A DNA stretch of 54,787 nt, taken from the NCBI GenBank assembly GCA_028293375.1, contig JAQGOY010000268.1:1-54787 (forward strand), in the 5' to 3' direction. Shown piece by piece: positions 18,333-28,426 of the stretch. Under the pieces are notes generated by a model that did no database searches, had not been told where the DNA came from, and saw only the letters and a list, made by a program, of their open reading frames with translations. Numbering within the stretch: the stretch's first letter is position 1; each line of letters starts with the position of its first letter. This stretch comes from Verrucomicrobiales bacterium. Lineage in GTDB: Bacteria; Verrucomicrobiota; Verrucomicrobiia; Limisphaerales; JAQGOY01. Made by a program: the position numbers and the translations under genes.

Positions 18333-19004
18333 ATGCTTTCACTATTAACGGGCCTGATCAACGGCTTTATTCATGTGCTGACTGGGCCGGATCATCTGGC
18401 GGCGGTCGCACCCTTGAATTCCCGCGGAGGCCGTGGCGGATGGCGGACCGGATTAAAATGGGGATTTGGGCATGCGTCCGGAGTAGTGGTGGTGGGACTT
18501 CTGGCCTTGTTTGCCCGGGCAATTCTTCCAATCGAGAAGATTTCAGACATCAGTGAACGGCTGGTCGGCGTCCTTTTAGTTGGAATTGGTTTCTGGGGGC
18601 TCCGGAAGGCGGCGAAACTTGAAATTCATGTGCATGAACATGCTCACGATGGGTCAAAACATTCCCACATTCATTTTCACTCTCCCAAGCATGATCATGG
18701 CAACGCAAAAAGCCATCAGCATGGCCACGCTGCTTTCGGAATAGGAACACTGCACGGGCTTGCGGGAAGCTCGCATATCCTTGGAGTTTTGCCGGCCCTC
18801 GCCTTCAAGAGCGACGAAATGGCCATTGCCTATCTCGTTTTCTTTGGCTTGGGGACACTGGCTGCCATGGCGTTGTTTTCAGAGCTGATCAGCCGCATTA
18901 CTTCGCGCCTCGCCAATACCCGGGTGCGAATATTCAAAATGCTGAATTACGGCTTCTCCCTGGCGGCGGTGGTGATCGGAGTCTATTGGTTCTTCTCCAA
19001 CTAA
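18333..19004 (+). CDS. Putative Ni2+ permease (HupE/UreJ-like) with His-rich loop
   Basis: N-terminal GFIHVLTGPDHLAAV resembles the HupE/UreJ HPxxGxDH signature. Central loop HVHEHAHDGSKHSHIHFHSPKHDHGNAKSHQHGH. Six hydrophobic segments. Convergent with ureD. Confidence 0.6.
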   Translation: MLSLLTGLINGFIHVLTGPDHLAAVAPLNSRGGRGGWRTGLKWGFGHASGVVVVGLLALFARAILPIEKISDISERLVGVLLVGIGFWGLRKAAKLEIHVHEHAHDGSKHSHIHFHSPKHDHGNAKSHQHGHAAFGIGTLHGLAGSSHILGVLPALAFKSDEMAIAYLVFFGLGTLAAMALFSELISRITSRLANTRVRIFKMLNYGFSLAAVVIGVYWFFSN

Positions 19005-19013
19005 CCTGCCGAA

Positions 19014-19865
19014 TTAATTTTTTCGGGGCGAAACGGCAAGGTTCGGAAAAATTTCTGACAACAGAGCGCGGATGGACAGAAGCGCGGAGCTTAACGCCAG
19101 CGTGTCTCTAGCCATCACTTTGATGACATACCCGGCGCTTCTAAGCTTCGTGATACCCACTCTTACCCTCTCATGCTGATGCAATGCAGCTATTTTGGAG
19201 ATTATCTCCACGGGAAGTGTTCGTTTTGTCATAAGAAAGCAGTTGCCCAGGTAAAATTGAGGGAACACTTTACGTAGGGGTCGCAGCACCTCGTCGTCCG
19301 GTTTAATATTAAATTGCTCCAGAACTGAAAGTTTACCTGCGTAGGAGATTCCTGTCCTCCATGAAAGCTCAAAAAACTCGAAGGATTCCGCGCTTGCCAC
19401 TCTTCCCGGGGCCAGCGTTTCCACAAAAAACATTTCTGCACCTTCTTCCAATTGAATCTCTGTTTCCTGCCGAAATCTCGACTCCGCCTGCGGGATGAAA
19501 AGCTCAGGATAGACTTCCAACCATCCCGCTTGCTCCACTTTGAAGATCTGCTGACATCCGGCAAACCGATCCCCCGAGGAGTGCGCACGCGCAGCGGCGG
19601 CAGCAGTTAGAAGGACGCTGGCACCGGCCCTTACTGTTACCTCAAGGTGGAGCTGATCGCCTGAAAATAACCCCGCAGTCGGGTTAACAACGTTTATTAA
19701 TAAGAGCGATCCTGTCCAGTAGGGTTTGCTTAGGTGGAAGGGCGCACAAAAAAATTGGTCGCGAATAAAACTTTCCCCGGAGCTCCTCCTTGCGACTTCA
19801 ATTCTCAACGCGCCCCGGAGCTGCCCGGGATTCATGCTGGGCATGAATGAAACTGCTTCGCCCAT
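19014..19865 (-). CDS. ureD: Urease accessory protein UreD (UreH)
   Basis: Position after ureG, plus length and pattern (PTAGLFSGD, TAAAA...). The start shares one nucleotide with the ureG stop (TAATG). Confidence 0.85.
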   Translation of the reverse strand: MGEAVSFMPSMNPGQLRGALRIEVARRSSGESFIRDQFFCAPFHLSKPYWTGSLLLINVVNPTAGLFSGDQLHLEVTVRAGASVLLTAAAAARAHSSGDRFAGCQQIFKVEQAGWLEVYPELFIPQAESRFRQETEIQLEEGAEMFFVETLAPGRVASAESFEFFELSWRTGISYAGKLSVLEQFNIKPDDEVLRPLRKVFPQFYLGNCFLMTKRTLPVEIISKIAALHQHERVRVGITKLRSAGYVIKVMARDTLALSSALLSIRALLSEIFPNLAVSPRKN

Positions 19866-20473
19866 TAAAACAGATATTCCTTTTCCAGCCAGGCGATGAC
19901 CTCTGGAAGTCCTTTTTCACTTTTCAAGTCGGCGAAGAGGAATGGACGATTTCCACGCATGAGTCGGGAGTCACGATCCATCACAGCAAGATCAGCCCCT
20001 ACGTAAGGAGCAAGCTCAATTTTATTGATCACCAGCAAATCACTGTTTCGAATTGCCGGGCCGCCTTTGCGGGGTATTTTGTCGCCTTCTGCAACGTCGA
20101 TGACGTAAATAAACGCATCGACCAATTCCGGTGAGAAGGTTGCAGAAAGGTTATCTCCGCCACTTTCCACCAGCAGCAGTTGCAACCCGCTATGGCGCTG
20201 CTCGAGTTCACGCACCGCCTGCATGTTCATGGTAGTATCGTCGCGAATGGCAGTGTGAGGGCAACCGCCGGTCTCGACCCCCAGGATCCGGTCGCTTTCC
20301 AGTGCCACATTCCGCACCAGGAATTCAGCGTCTTCACGGGTGTAAATGTCATTGGTGATTACGGCCAGGTCATATTTTCCACGCAGATGCTGGCATAACC
20401 TCAAAACGAGCATGGTTTTTCCAGAACCGACCGGCCCACCAATTCCTATTCGAACCGCGCGTTTGTTATTCAT
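19865..20473 (-). CDS. ureG: Urease accessory GTPase UreG
   Basis: [10 protein letters not shown]-loop, ETGGCPH, ESGGDNL and NKIDL-type (NKIEL) motifs. Confidence 0.97.
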   Translation of the reverse strand: MNNKRAVRIGIGGPVGSGKTMLVLRLCQHLRGKYDLAVITNDIYTREDAEFLVRNVALESDRILGVETGGCPHTAIRDDTTMNMQAVRELEQRHSGLQLLLVESGGDNLSATFSPELVDAFIYVIDVAEGDKIPRKGGPAIRNSDLLVINKIELAPYVGADLAVMDRDSRLMRGNRPFLFADLKSEKGLPEVIAWLEKEYLF

Positions 20474-20475
20474 GA

Positions 20476-21180
20476 TCAGGATATAAAAAGTCGTGAGTAC
20501 GCAGTCTCATGGCGCGAACTGCAAATATCGAACAGTGGCAGGAGGCATCCCACTTTACTCCGTTCCACTTTCACGGACTGCGCAATCTTGTGGGCAGCAC
20601 CAGAGAGGGCCTCCGCCAGTAGTTTCTGGGCAGCCACCTGCCCAATTCGAATCAGCTTCATGGAAGCAGCGACAGAGGAGGAAATGGTCGAGTAGTAGTA
20701 ACTGGTGACCACCTCCTGCATTGACCATCCCATCGCAGGACCTGTAGCCCCATGCACCCACGCGCCATGTCCCATTACACAACCCTTTTTCTGCATGCCG
20801 TGGAGTCGATCAAAAAGAGGACACGGATATAGGGTATGCAGCATCGACAACCTTTGTGATCCCAACCGCACACTGGCATCGCGCAATTCCTGGCAAAGTT
20901 TGAGCGCATCCAGCTCCTGATCGAGAACCGAAAGCGTTTCCCAGTCCTGGGCAACAGCCGATTCAAAGGAAAATCGCACGTATGGAATATCCATTGAAAG
21001 AAGCGAAGGCTCCAACTGATCAAAGACATATGTTCTCAACGAATCAAAATCAGAAACAAGACCGTCTGACACGAATCCTTCCAAACCAAAAGAATGGGAA
21101 AAGGCTCCTGATGGAAAAGAAGAATCGGTGAGCTGAAGAAGCTTCGAAAGTGATGACGATGACTCAGGAAAAGATTTCAC
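20476..21180 (-). CDS. ureF: Urease accessory protein UreF
   Basis: [21 protein letters not shown] signature. GTG start. Confidence 0.85.
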   Translation of the reverse strand: MKSFPESSSSLSKLLQLTDSSFPSGAFSHSFGLEGFVSDGLVSDFDSLRTYVFDQLEPSLLSMDIPYVRFSFESAVAQDWETLSVLDQELDALKLCQELRDASVRLGSQRLSMLHTLYPCPLFDRLHGMQKKGCVMGHGAWVHGATGPAMGWSMQEVVTSYYYSTISSSVAASMKLIRIGQVAAQKLLAEALSGAAHKIAQSVKVERSKVGCLLPLFDICSSRHETAYSRLFIS

Positions 21181-21182
21181 GG

Positions 21183-21611
21183 CTAATGCTTGTGCGATTG
21201 CGCTCCCTGCAATGGCTGGAAAATGGCCGTTTTCTTTTCAAACATAATTCGCTCACGTTCAAACAACTGGCGTAGAGCAGGATCATCTTCCACCAGGATA
21301 TATCCGTCCGAAAGTGAAAGGGGAAAATGGAGATTGCCGATATTCCAGGCTATTTTGGCGCTCTGAAAGATACTCAGGAGAGCTACCGATAAAACAGGTT
21401 CAGAAGTTTGGTGAATGCAATAATCCAACGCCCCATCCTGAAAAAAACAAATTCCGTTGCGGAGAGGACTATCCAGGTCGAAGCCGAACTCCACTCCATC
21501 CTCTGCCGTGGCACGCCAGCGCCGCTTGGCCAGTGTAAACCGGTCGACATAAAGCTGGACTCGACGGACATCGTGCCGGACTGGGCTCCCGGGGCCGCGA
21601 ATCATGTGCAT
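21183..21611 (-). CDS. ureE: Urease accessory protein UreE (no long His tail)
   Basis: Track ORF 21183..21815 overlaps ureC; trimmed to ATG 21611 (MHMIRG...). WNIGNLHFPL matches the UreE GNRH motif region. C-terminus ends ...QSHKH. Confidence 0.75.
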   Translation of the reverse strand: MHMIRGPGSPVRHDVRRVQLYVDRFTLAKRRWRATAEDGVEFGFDLDSPLRNGICFFQDGALDYCIHQTSEPVLSVALLSIFQSAKIAWNIGNLHFPLSLSDGYILVEDDPALRQLFERERIMFEKKTAIFQPLQGAQSHKH

Positions 21612-21612
21612 A

Positions 21613-23376
21613 TCAAAATAGGAAATAGCGCTGGGCCATGGGGAGCACGCTGACGGGTTCACAGGTGAGGACACGTCCGTCCGCCTTGACAGTGTAAGTC
21701 TCGGGATCCACCTCGATTTTTGGAAGCGCGTCGTTCCATAACAACGATTTTTTATTGATATTGCGCGTGGAATGAACTGGAGCGAGGCGCTTGGAAACAG
21801 AAATGGATTTGCCAAGCCCTGCGTTCAAACTCACCTGACTGACAAAGGTAAGGGAGGTTTTCGCGACAGCCTTTCCGTGGGCTGCGAATTGCGGCCTGTA
21901 AAAAGTGGGCTGGGGCGTCGGAATGCTTGCATTTGGATCACCCATGTTGGCGCAGGCGATGAATCCGCCTTTTAAAATCAATTCCGGTTTCACCCCAAAA
22001 AACGCCGGCTTCCAAAGCACCAAATCGGCGAGCTTCCCGACCTGGACCGATCCCACTTCGTGGGATATGCCATGACTAATCGCGGGATTGATGGTGTATT
22101 TGGCGATATAGCGCATTGCTCGAAAATTGTCCGCTGCGGAATGGACTGAAGATTGAAGAGTTCCAAATTGAATCTTCATCTTGTGAGCGGTTTGCCAAGT
22201 GCGAATGATAACTTCACCGACACGGCCCATGGCCTGGCTATCGCTGGACATCATGGAAAATGCGCCCATGTCCTGCAGGATATCCTCCGCAGCAATTGTT
22301 TCAGGACGAATTCGAGATTCGGCAAACGCAACGTCTTCAGGAATTTTCGAATCGAGGTGATGGCAAACCATCAACATGTCCAAATGCTCGTCAATGGTAT
22401 TGACTGTGAACGGCCTGGTTGGGTTCGTCGATGATGGCAGGACATTTTCGAGGCCACACACTTTAATGATATCCGGGGCGTGGCCTCCGCCTGCTCCCTC
22501 CGAGTGGAAAGTATGAATGGTGCGGTTTTTAAATGCCGCAATCGAATCCTCGACAAAACCCGATTCATTCAAAGTATCGGTATGAATGGCGACCTGGACA
22601 TCAAGCTCGTCAGCCACACCAAGACAAACATCAATGGTGGAAGGAGTTGTGCCCCAGTCCTCGTGAAGTTTGAGACCGATGGCGCCTGCCAGAACCTGCT
22701 CGCGCAGCGGGTCGGCAGTCGAGCAATTGCCCTTTCCAAAAAAACCAAGATTCACGGGATAAGCATCCGCAGCTTCGAGCATGCGGTGCATGTTCCAAAT
22801 TCCTGGAGTACAGGTGGTGGCGTTCGTTCCGGTGGCCGGGCCGGTTCCTCCGCCCAACATTGTGGTAATGCCACTAGCCAGAGCATGTTCAATTTGTTGG
22901 GGGCAAATGAAATGGATATGGGCATCGATCCCGCCTGCGGTTAATATGTGGCCCTCTCCGGCGATTACTTCGGTTGCCGCTCCAATCACCATCGAATGAA
23001 AAGTTCCACTTTTATCCGGGTAGAGGGATTGGATGCCTCCCTGGATTCCAGGGTTCCCCGCGTGACCTATCCCAACGATACGGCCATGCTTGATTCCGAC
23101 GTCAGCCTTGATGACCCCCAATTCCGCATCAATAATCAGCGCGTTCGTGATTACCAGGTCCAAAGATTCCGAATCCGAGGCTGTCGGAGATTGCCCCATG
23201 CCATCCCGGATTACTTTTCCGCCACCAAACTTTACTTCATTGCCGTAACCCGCGAGTTCCGCAACCAAATCTCGTTCCACAGCGACCCACAGTTCCGTAT
23301 CCGCCAGACGCACCCTGTCTCCGACGGTGGGCCCATACATCTCCGCATATTGACGCCTGGTTAAATACAATGGCAT
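21613..23376 (-). CDS. ureC: Urease alpha subunit
   Basis: [20 protein letters not shown], and the ...RYFLF C-terminus. Confidence 0.98.
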   Translation of the reverse strand: MPLYLTRRQYAEMYGPTVGDRVRLADTELWVAVERDLVAELAGYGNEVKFGGGKVIRDGMGQSPTASDSESLDLVITNALIIDAELGVIKADVGIKHGRIVGIGHAGNPGIQGGIQSLYPDKSGTFHSMVIGAATEVIAGEGHILTAGGIDAHIHFICPQQIEHALASGITTMLGGGTGPATGTNATTCTPGIWNMHRMLEAADAYPVNLGFFGKGNCSTADPLREQVLAGAIGLKLHEDWGTTPSTIDVCLGVADELDVQVAIHTDTLNESGFVEDSIAAFKNRTIHTFHSEGAGGGHAPDIIKVCGLENVLPSSTNPTRPFTVNTIDEHLDMLMVCHHLDSKIPEDVAFAESRIRPETIAAEDILQDMGAFSMMSSDSQAMGRVGEVIIRTWQTAHKMKIQFGTLQSSVHSAADNFRAMRYIAKYTINPAISHGISHEVGSVQVGKLADLVLWKPAFFGVKPELILKGGFIACANMGDPNASIPTPQPTFYRPQFAAHGKAVAKTSLTFVSQVSLNAGLGKSISVSKRLAPVHSTRNINKKSLLWNDALPKIEVDPETYTVKADGRVLTCEPVSVLPMAQRYFLF

Positions 23377-23379
23377 ATG

Positions 23380-23697
23380 TTAGACTGGCAAATCGCCATT
23401 GACCATGTTGTTGAAACCAAACACTTTTCTGGAACCCGCCAGAGCCACCAACTCCACCTGGCGAATATCACCAGGCTCAAAACGGATGGCCGTTCCCGCA
23501 GCTATGTTCAACCGAAATCCCATGGCCATGGAACGTTCAAATTTCAAGGAGCTGTTTACTTCCGCAAAATGATAATGGCTTCCGACCTGTATGGGCCGGT
23601 CTCCCGTGTTGGATACCTGGATAATGAGAGTTTTTAAATTGCAGTTTGCCGCCAGTGTGGCCGGGTCGCTGCCTGTGACGATTTCCCCTGGAATCAT
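23380..23697 (-). CDS. ureB: Urease beta subunit
   Basis: MIPGEI... start (ATG 23697; the track start at 23703 is TTG). [13 protein letters not shown] motif. Confidence 0.95.
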   Translation of the reverse strand: MIPGEIVTGSDPATLAANCNLKTLIIQVSNTGDRPIQVGSHYHFAEVNSSLKFERSMAMGFRLNIAAGTAIRFEPGDIRQVELVALAGSRKVFGFNNMVNGDLPV

Positions 23698-23699
23698 AA

Positions 23700-24002
23700 T
23701 CAACGTATCGGATTGTGGACAGTCACCAGTTTGGTGCCATCCGGAAAGGTTGCCTCCACCTGGACTTCATGGATCATTTCACCCACACCCTCCATGACAT
23801 CGGTCCTTTTCAGGATGGTGGAACCATAACTCATTAATTCTGCCACGGTTTTCCCATCCCGCGCGCCTTCCATGATTTCGTAGGCAATGATGGCCACGCT
23901 CTCGGGGTAATTTAATTTGAGACCCCTTCCCTGGCGTCGCCGGGCGAGGTCAGCGGCCGTGACTACCATTAGTTTTTCCTGATCTCGGGGTGAGAGGTGC
24001 AT
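23700..24002 (-). CDS. ureA: Urease gamma subunit
   Basis: [13 protein letters not shown]...[14 protein letters not shown] is canonical for UreA. Confidence 0.95.
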   Translation of the reverse strand: MHLSPRDQEKLMVVTAADLARRRQGRGLKLNYPESVAIIAYEIMEGARDGKTVAELMSYGSTILKRTDVMEGVGEMIHEVQVEATFPDGTKLVTVHNPIR

Positions 24003-24032
24003 CGCTAGTTCCGTCAGGTTTACAGCGGAAGG

Positions 24033-24728
24033 CTAAACCGTCAAATGTTTCCGAACAACTTCCTCATTCAAATTGGCAATCGGCCCTTCAGCCACCACTG
24101 CTCCACGGTCCATGATGTAAAACGCATCAGCGACATCGAGCGCGAAATCCAGGTATTGCTCCACCAGCAGAATACTGATGTTTTCCTCTTTCCGAATTCT
24201 TTTCAAGGTCTCACCGATTTGCTCGATGATTGAGGGTTGAATCCCCTCCGTAGGCTCATCCAGCATCAGAATTTTAGGATTTGTCAAAAGAGCCCTGGCT
24301 ATAGCCAATTGTTGTTGCTGGCCCCCACTCAGCACCCCCCCTTTGCGTCCCAGCATTGTTTTCAATACCGGAAACAACTCAAACATACGGTCCATTTGCC
24401 CTTCGTCTTTCCGCCCATGGACTATCAGGCTGATGCGTAGATTCTCCCAAACCGAAAGTTGTGGAAAAATGTCACGGCCCTGGGGCACATAACCCAACCC
24501 GCTTCGCGCCCGGCCATCCGGAGAAGTGCCGTCCAGCACCTTTCCATCAAGGATCACTTGTCCGCTCAACGGCTTGACCAGCCCCATGATCGATTTCAGG
24601 GTAGTCGTTTTTCCCACACCGTTGCGGCCCATTAAACACACGACTTCATTAGCTGGTACTTTAAGAGATACACCCCTTAAAATTTGAGATCCATCGTAGG
24701 CCGCGTTCAGTTTTCTTACTTCGAGCAT
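24033..24728 (-). CDS. urtE: Urea ABC transporter ATP-binding protein UrtE
   Basis: Walker A GRNGVGKTT, LSGGQQQ, LMLDEPT. Trimmed to ATG 24728 (MLEVRKL). Position in the urtABCDE order. Confidence 0.9.
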   Translation of the reverse strand: MLEVRKLNAAYDGSQILRGVSLKVPANEVVCLMGRNGVGKTTTLKSIMGLVKPLSGQVILDGKVLDGTSPDGRARSGLGYVPQGRDIFPQLSVWENLRISLIVHGRKDEGQMDRMFELFPVLKTMLGRKGGVLSGGQQQQLAIARALLTNPKILMLDEPTEGIQPSIIEQIGETLKRIRKEENISILLVEQYLDFALDVADAFYIMDRGAVVAEGPIANLNEEVVRKHLTV

Positions 24729-24739
24729 ATTGATGAGCC

Positions 24740-25498
24740 TCAATGTTTCTTGCGACCAAGATAAACTTCCCGAACTTTTTCGTTGTTCTGCACTTCATCG
24801 ACTGTGCCTTCACATAAAACAGAGCCCTGGTGCAACACCGTTACTTTGCGCGCGATCTGCCGAACAAAGACCATATCATGCTCGATCACTACAATGCTGT
24901 GCTTGCCGGCAAGACTGATGAGCAACTCCCCAGTGCGCGCCGTTTCTTCATCGGTCATTCCAGCGGCAGGCTCGTCCACCAGGAGCAATTTCGGCTCCTG
25001 AGCCAGCAACATCCCGATTTCAAGCCACTGCTTTTGGCCATGGGCGAGCAATCCTGCCTGAGCGTGTGCCCGATCGAGCAGATTGATCGTGGTGAGGATC
25101 TGATCAATTTTCTCACGCTGGGCTGGTGAGGTCCTGGTAAACAAGGCGGCGAATACTCCGCGATTTCCTTTCAGAGAAAGCAGGATATTTTCATAAACCG
25201 TGTGATTAATGTAAACGGATGGAGTTTGAAACTTGCGCCCGATTCCAAGCCGGTTGATCTCGTGCTCGTTGAGCCGGGTCAGGTCAGTGTCCTTTTCGAA
25301 TTCGATCTTGCCTGTATCCGGTTTCGAACGGCCCGTAATAAGATCGAGAAACGTGGTTTTGCCCGCCCCATTGGGGCCAATAATCGTCCGAAGTTCTCCT
25401 TCGTCCATGTAAAAATTGAGGTCGGTGATAGCGCGAAAGCCCTGAAAGGACTTGTTCACCCCTTCGACCGTGAGCACGAATTGTTTTACGGGTTGCAT
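24740..25498 (-). CDS. urtD: Urea ABC transporter ATP-binding protein UrtD
   Basis: GPNGAGKTT, LLLVDEPAAGM. Gene order. Confidence 0.9.
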   Translation of the reverse strand: MQPVKQFVLTVEGVNKSFQGFRAITDLNFYMDEGELRTIIGPNGAGKTTFLDLITGRSKPDTGKIEFEKDTDLTRLNEHEINRLGIGRKFQTPSVYINHTVYENILLSLKGNRGVFAALFTRTSPAQREKIDQILTTINLLDRAHAQAGLLAHGQKQWLEIGMLLAQEPKLLLVDEPAAGMTDEETARTGELLISLAGKHSIVVIEHDMVFVRQIARKVTVLHQGSVLCEGTVDEVQNNEKVREVYLGRKKH

Positions 25499-26662
25499 CT
25501 ACTTGGAATCACTTTCGGCTAACTGGGGTTCAGCCTCTAAACTGGTATTTATTTCCGTGGTAAGTTTGCCGGCAGCTTTGTGCCTGGCGCGCAAGTCCCG
25601 CAACTGCGCGGGCAACCCCACGATCCCCTTCGGCATAAACAGCACAACAATGATAAACATTCCTCCCAGCACAAAAAGCCAGGAATCTGGAAAGGCGCGC
25701 GTCGCATAGCTTTTAAGAGCATTGACCGCAACAGCCCCGATGATTGGACCCACCAGTGTGCCCCGGCCCCCAACGGCAACCCATACCACTGCTTCCAGGG
25801 ATTTCTCCGGGGTCATCTCGCTGGGGTTAATAATTCCCACTTGAGGCACATACAGCGCGCCCCCCATCCCGGCAATGATGGCACAAATGACGAAAATAAA
25901 TAATTTAAATGAAGCGGTGGAATACCCGGAAAATAGGACGCGATTCTCGCTATCTCGAATTGCCCTTTGAACTTTGCCCAGTTTGGTGGAAGTGATCCAC
26001 TTGCAGAGCAGGTAGGTCAAAAGGAGCAATAAGGCTGAGGCGATGTAAAGTGTTCGCTTAGTCGTGGGTGAATTCAGATTATATCCAAGGATGTCTTTAA
26101 AATCGGTAAATCCGTTGTTGCCCCCAAACGTGAAATCGTTTCTGAAAAACATCAAACAGGTCGCATAGGTTAATGCCTGGCTTAGGATCGAAAAGTAAAC
26201 CCCTTTGATCCGGGATCGAAATGCCAGGAATCCGAATAGCAGGGCGGCCAGTCCCGGCACCACGATCACTGCGGCCAAGGCGAACCAAAAATTGTAGAAG
26301 GGAACAAAGTGAGCCGGGAGCTTTTTATATTCCAGGAACACCATGTAATCCGGCAGGACATTGTGGTATTGGCCGCGGGTGCCAATCCTGAGGAGCAGGT
26401 ACATTCCCATGGCGTATCCGCCAAGCGCAAAAAACATGGCTTGCCCCAGGCTGAGCAAACCCGTGTATCCCCATAACAAATCGACTCCGAGGGCCAGAAC
26501 CGCGTAACAGAGATATTTTCCATAAACGCTGAGGTAGAAATCGCTGATATGCCAAAAACTCTCTGCGGGGGTGAAGGCGTTAAGCGTCGGAAGCAGGACG
26601 ATAACGAAGAAGCTGACCACAGCTATCCAGCACCATTCCTTTCGTGATACAAAACTTCTCAT
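25499..26662 (-). CDS. urtC: Urea ABC transporter permease UrtC
   Basis: LivM-type branched-chain permease fold. Gene order; zero-nt gap to urtD. Confidence 0.9.
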   Translation of the reverse strand: MRSFVSRKEWCWIAVVSFFVIVLLPTLNAFTPAESFWHISDFYLSVYGKYLCYAVLALGVDLLWGYTGLLSLGQAMFFALGGYAMGMYLLLRIGTRGQYHNVLPDYMVFLEYKKLPAHFVPFYNFWFALAAVIVVPGLAALLFGFLAFRSRIKGVYFSILSQALTYATCLMFFRNDFTFGGNNGFTDFKDILGYNLNSPTTKRTLYIASALLLLLTYLLCKWITSTKLGKVQRAIRDSENRVLFSGYSTASFKLFIFVICAIIAGMGGALYVPQVGIINPSEMTPEKSLEAVVWVAVGGRGTLVGPIIGAVAVNALKSYATRAFPDSWLFVLGGMFIIVVLFMPKGIVGLPAQLRDLRARHKAAGKLTTEINTSLEAEPQLAESDSK

Positions 26663-26666
26663 TTAA

Positions 26667-28364
26667 TTATCCTTCAAGGCTGCGGCTCCGGGTCACAAAA
26701 ATTCCGGCCGGTCTCCACTGGAGGAATAGGATGATCGCAGCCAGCACGGTTATTTTTCCGAGGACTGCCCCGAGAAAGGGTTGAAGGATTTGATCTGTGA
26801 TCCCAATTCCGAATGAGGCCGTTATCGTTCCAATCAAATTCCCAACCCCTCCCAGAACCACGATCATAAAACAATCGACAATATAGCTCTGCCCCAACCC
26901 AGGCCCAACATTTGCAATCTGGGACAAACATGCGCCAGCCATCCCTGCCAACCCCGAACCGAAGGCGAACGTGAACATGTTCACCCTTTCGGTTTTTACC
27001 CCAAGGCAGGAAGCCATTTGCCGGTTTTGCATCACCGCCCGGATTTGCAATCCAAGAGAAGTCCGGGTGAGTAACAAATAGGTCATCAGGACAATGAACA
27101 GGGCGAAGACAATGACAAAGAGTCGGTTGAAGGCAAAAGGCACATCTGCGATGGCCACATTGCCGGTCAGCCATTGTGGCGAATTTACCTGAACGTTCGC
27201 AGCACCAAAAATCGAACGGAAAATTTGTTGTATGACAAGACTAACTCCCCACGTCGCCAGCAATGACTCTAATGGACGTTTGTAAAGGAAGCGGATCACA
27301 GTTCGCTCAAGAATAAGTCCGGCCGTTCCTCCAGCAAAAAAGCTCATGAAAAGGGCCACAATGAAATACCATTCAAAGCCCGCGCCGGAAGACCCGAACC
27401 ATTTGACAAAGACGTTTTGGGTTACATATGTCGTGTAAGCCCCTACGATCATGAGCTCTCCGTGAGCCATGTTGATCACTCCCATAAGCCCGAAAGTAAT
27501 GGCCAGGCCTAAAGCCACCACCAGTAATACCGCGCTACTGCTTACTCCGCGGAAAAACGTTCCGGCCAGGTTTCCCCACCACATGTAACTTTCTATCACC
27601 AGAACAGCCTTCTCTGTTTCCTTTTTCAGCTCTGCTGGAACCGACGTCGGATTTTTTTTGGCGCCTGACAGAATCCTTTTCAACAGTTCAAATCCGTTCT
27701 GTGACCGCAACTCACCCAGTTCTCGCACAGCCTTCACCTTGTCTTCCAATTTGTCTGACGAGAGCATCACCATGCTGATGGCTTCCCTGATCGCCTTGAC
27801 CACCATCGGTTCGTGCTCAGTTTTCAAGCGTGCCTCCAGGGTGGGAAGGCTTTCCATGTTCTGATCCAATCCCAGTTTCAGGATGGCATCGCGCCTCATG
27901 TTTCGGTTTGGATTTGAAAGACTGTACACATCCAGGAGATCTTTGATGGCCTTGCGCAATTTTGAATTGGTATCGATCGGGGTTAACTCCTGGGGGATAA
28001 ATGAAAGCACTTTGCCATCTGCCGCCTTGAACGCTTCCCCGGTTAACAAATCGACCCCTTTTTGCTGGCCTTTGATATCAGTCCCGACCGAGTCGAGAAT
28101 AAAGACGCGCTTATTGTCATTTGTTTCGAATAAGTAAACGCTCCCCTCTCTCCATGCAGCCAACCCTTTCTGAACCCAGGAGTCCTGAGTCTCAGTAAAT
28201 TTTTTGAGAATTTCTTTTTGGACTTCCAGGTCTTCGCTAAGCATCGCCTTCACCATCTCAGTGCGCAGCATTTGAGCCTCAGCCGCGGCCCCAGCAGATG
28301 CGCGCCCAACCATGAGCATTAATAAAACTGCGCCAAACAGTTGGATTCTATGAGAAATATTCAT
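26667..28364 (-). CDS. urtB: Urea ABC transporter permease UrtB, long form with a roughly 260-aa N-terminal periplasmic extension
   Basis: Signal peptide, then a helical-repeat region (aa 30-260), then a LivH-type permease core. Confidence 0.9.
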   Translation of the reverse strand: MNISHRIQLFGAVLLMLMVGRASAGAAAEAQMLRTEMVKAMLSEDLEVQKEILKKFTETQDSWVQKGLAAWREGSVYLFETNDNKRVFILDSVGTDIKGQQKGVDLLTGEAFKAADGKVLSFIPQELTPIDTNSKLRKAIKDLLDVYSLSNPNRNMRRDAILKLGLDQNMESLPTLEARLKTEHEPMVVKAIREAISMVMLSSDKLEDKVKAVRELGELRSQNGFELLKRILSGAKKNPTSVPAELKKETEKAVLVIESYMWWGNLAGTFFRGVSSSAVLLVVALGLAITFGLMGVINMAHGELMIVGAYTTYVTQNVFVKWFGSSGAGFEWYFIVALFMSFFAGGTAGLILERTVIRFLYKRPLESLLATWGVSLVIQQIFRSIFGAANVQVNSPQWLTGNVAIADVPFAFNRLFVIVFALFIVLMTYLLLTRTSLGLQIRAVMQNRQMASCLGVKTERVNMFTFAFGSGLAGMAGACLSQIANVGPGLGQSYIVDCFMIVVLGGVGNLIGTITASFGIGITDQILQPFLGAVLGKITVLAAIILFLQWRPAGIFVTRSRSLEG

Positions 28365-28383
28365 GAATAGCGAATCCTGAAGA

Positions 28384-28410
28384 AAAGGGACGGGGGTTGC
28401 CCGTCCCTTT
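28384..28410 (-). promoter_or_regulatory. Intercistronic GC-rich hairpin between urtA and urtB
   Basis: Perfect 11-bp stem AAAGGGACGGG/CCCGTCCCTTT with a 5-nt loop. On the mRNA strand it is followed by TCTTC. Confidence 0.5.
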
Positions 28411-28426
28411 CCTGGGTATATTCCTA

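Noticed and set aside
21183-21815. Upstream-extended track ORFs that overlap neighbouring genes: ureE to 21815, priA to 53497, the AI-2E-like gene from 12419, the B-box protein to 2658, metF to 12543, ppnP from 16596, ruvB from 47476 and ureB to 23703.
   Set aside because: The extensions begin at TTG or GTG codons, overlap well-supported genes, and their extra residues lack family similarity. Internal ATGs give canonical N-termini (for example MIPGEI for UreB and MIARVTLE for PriA).
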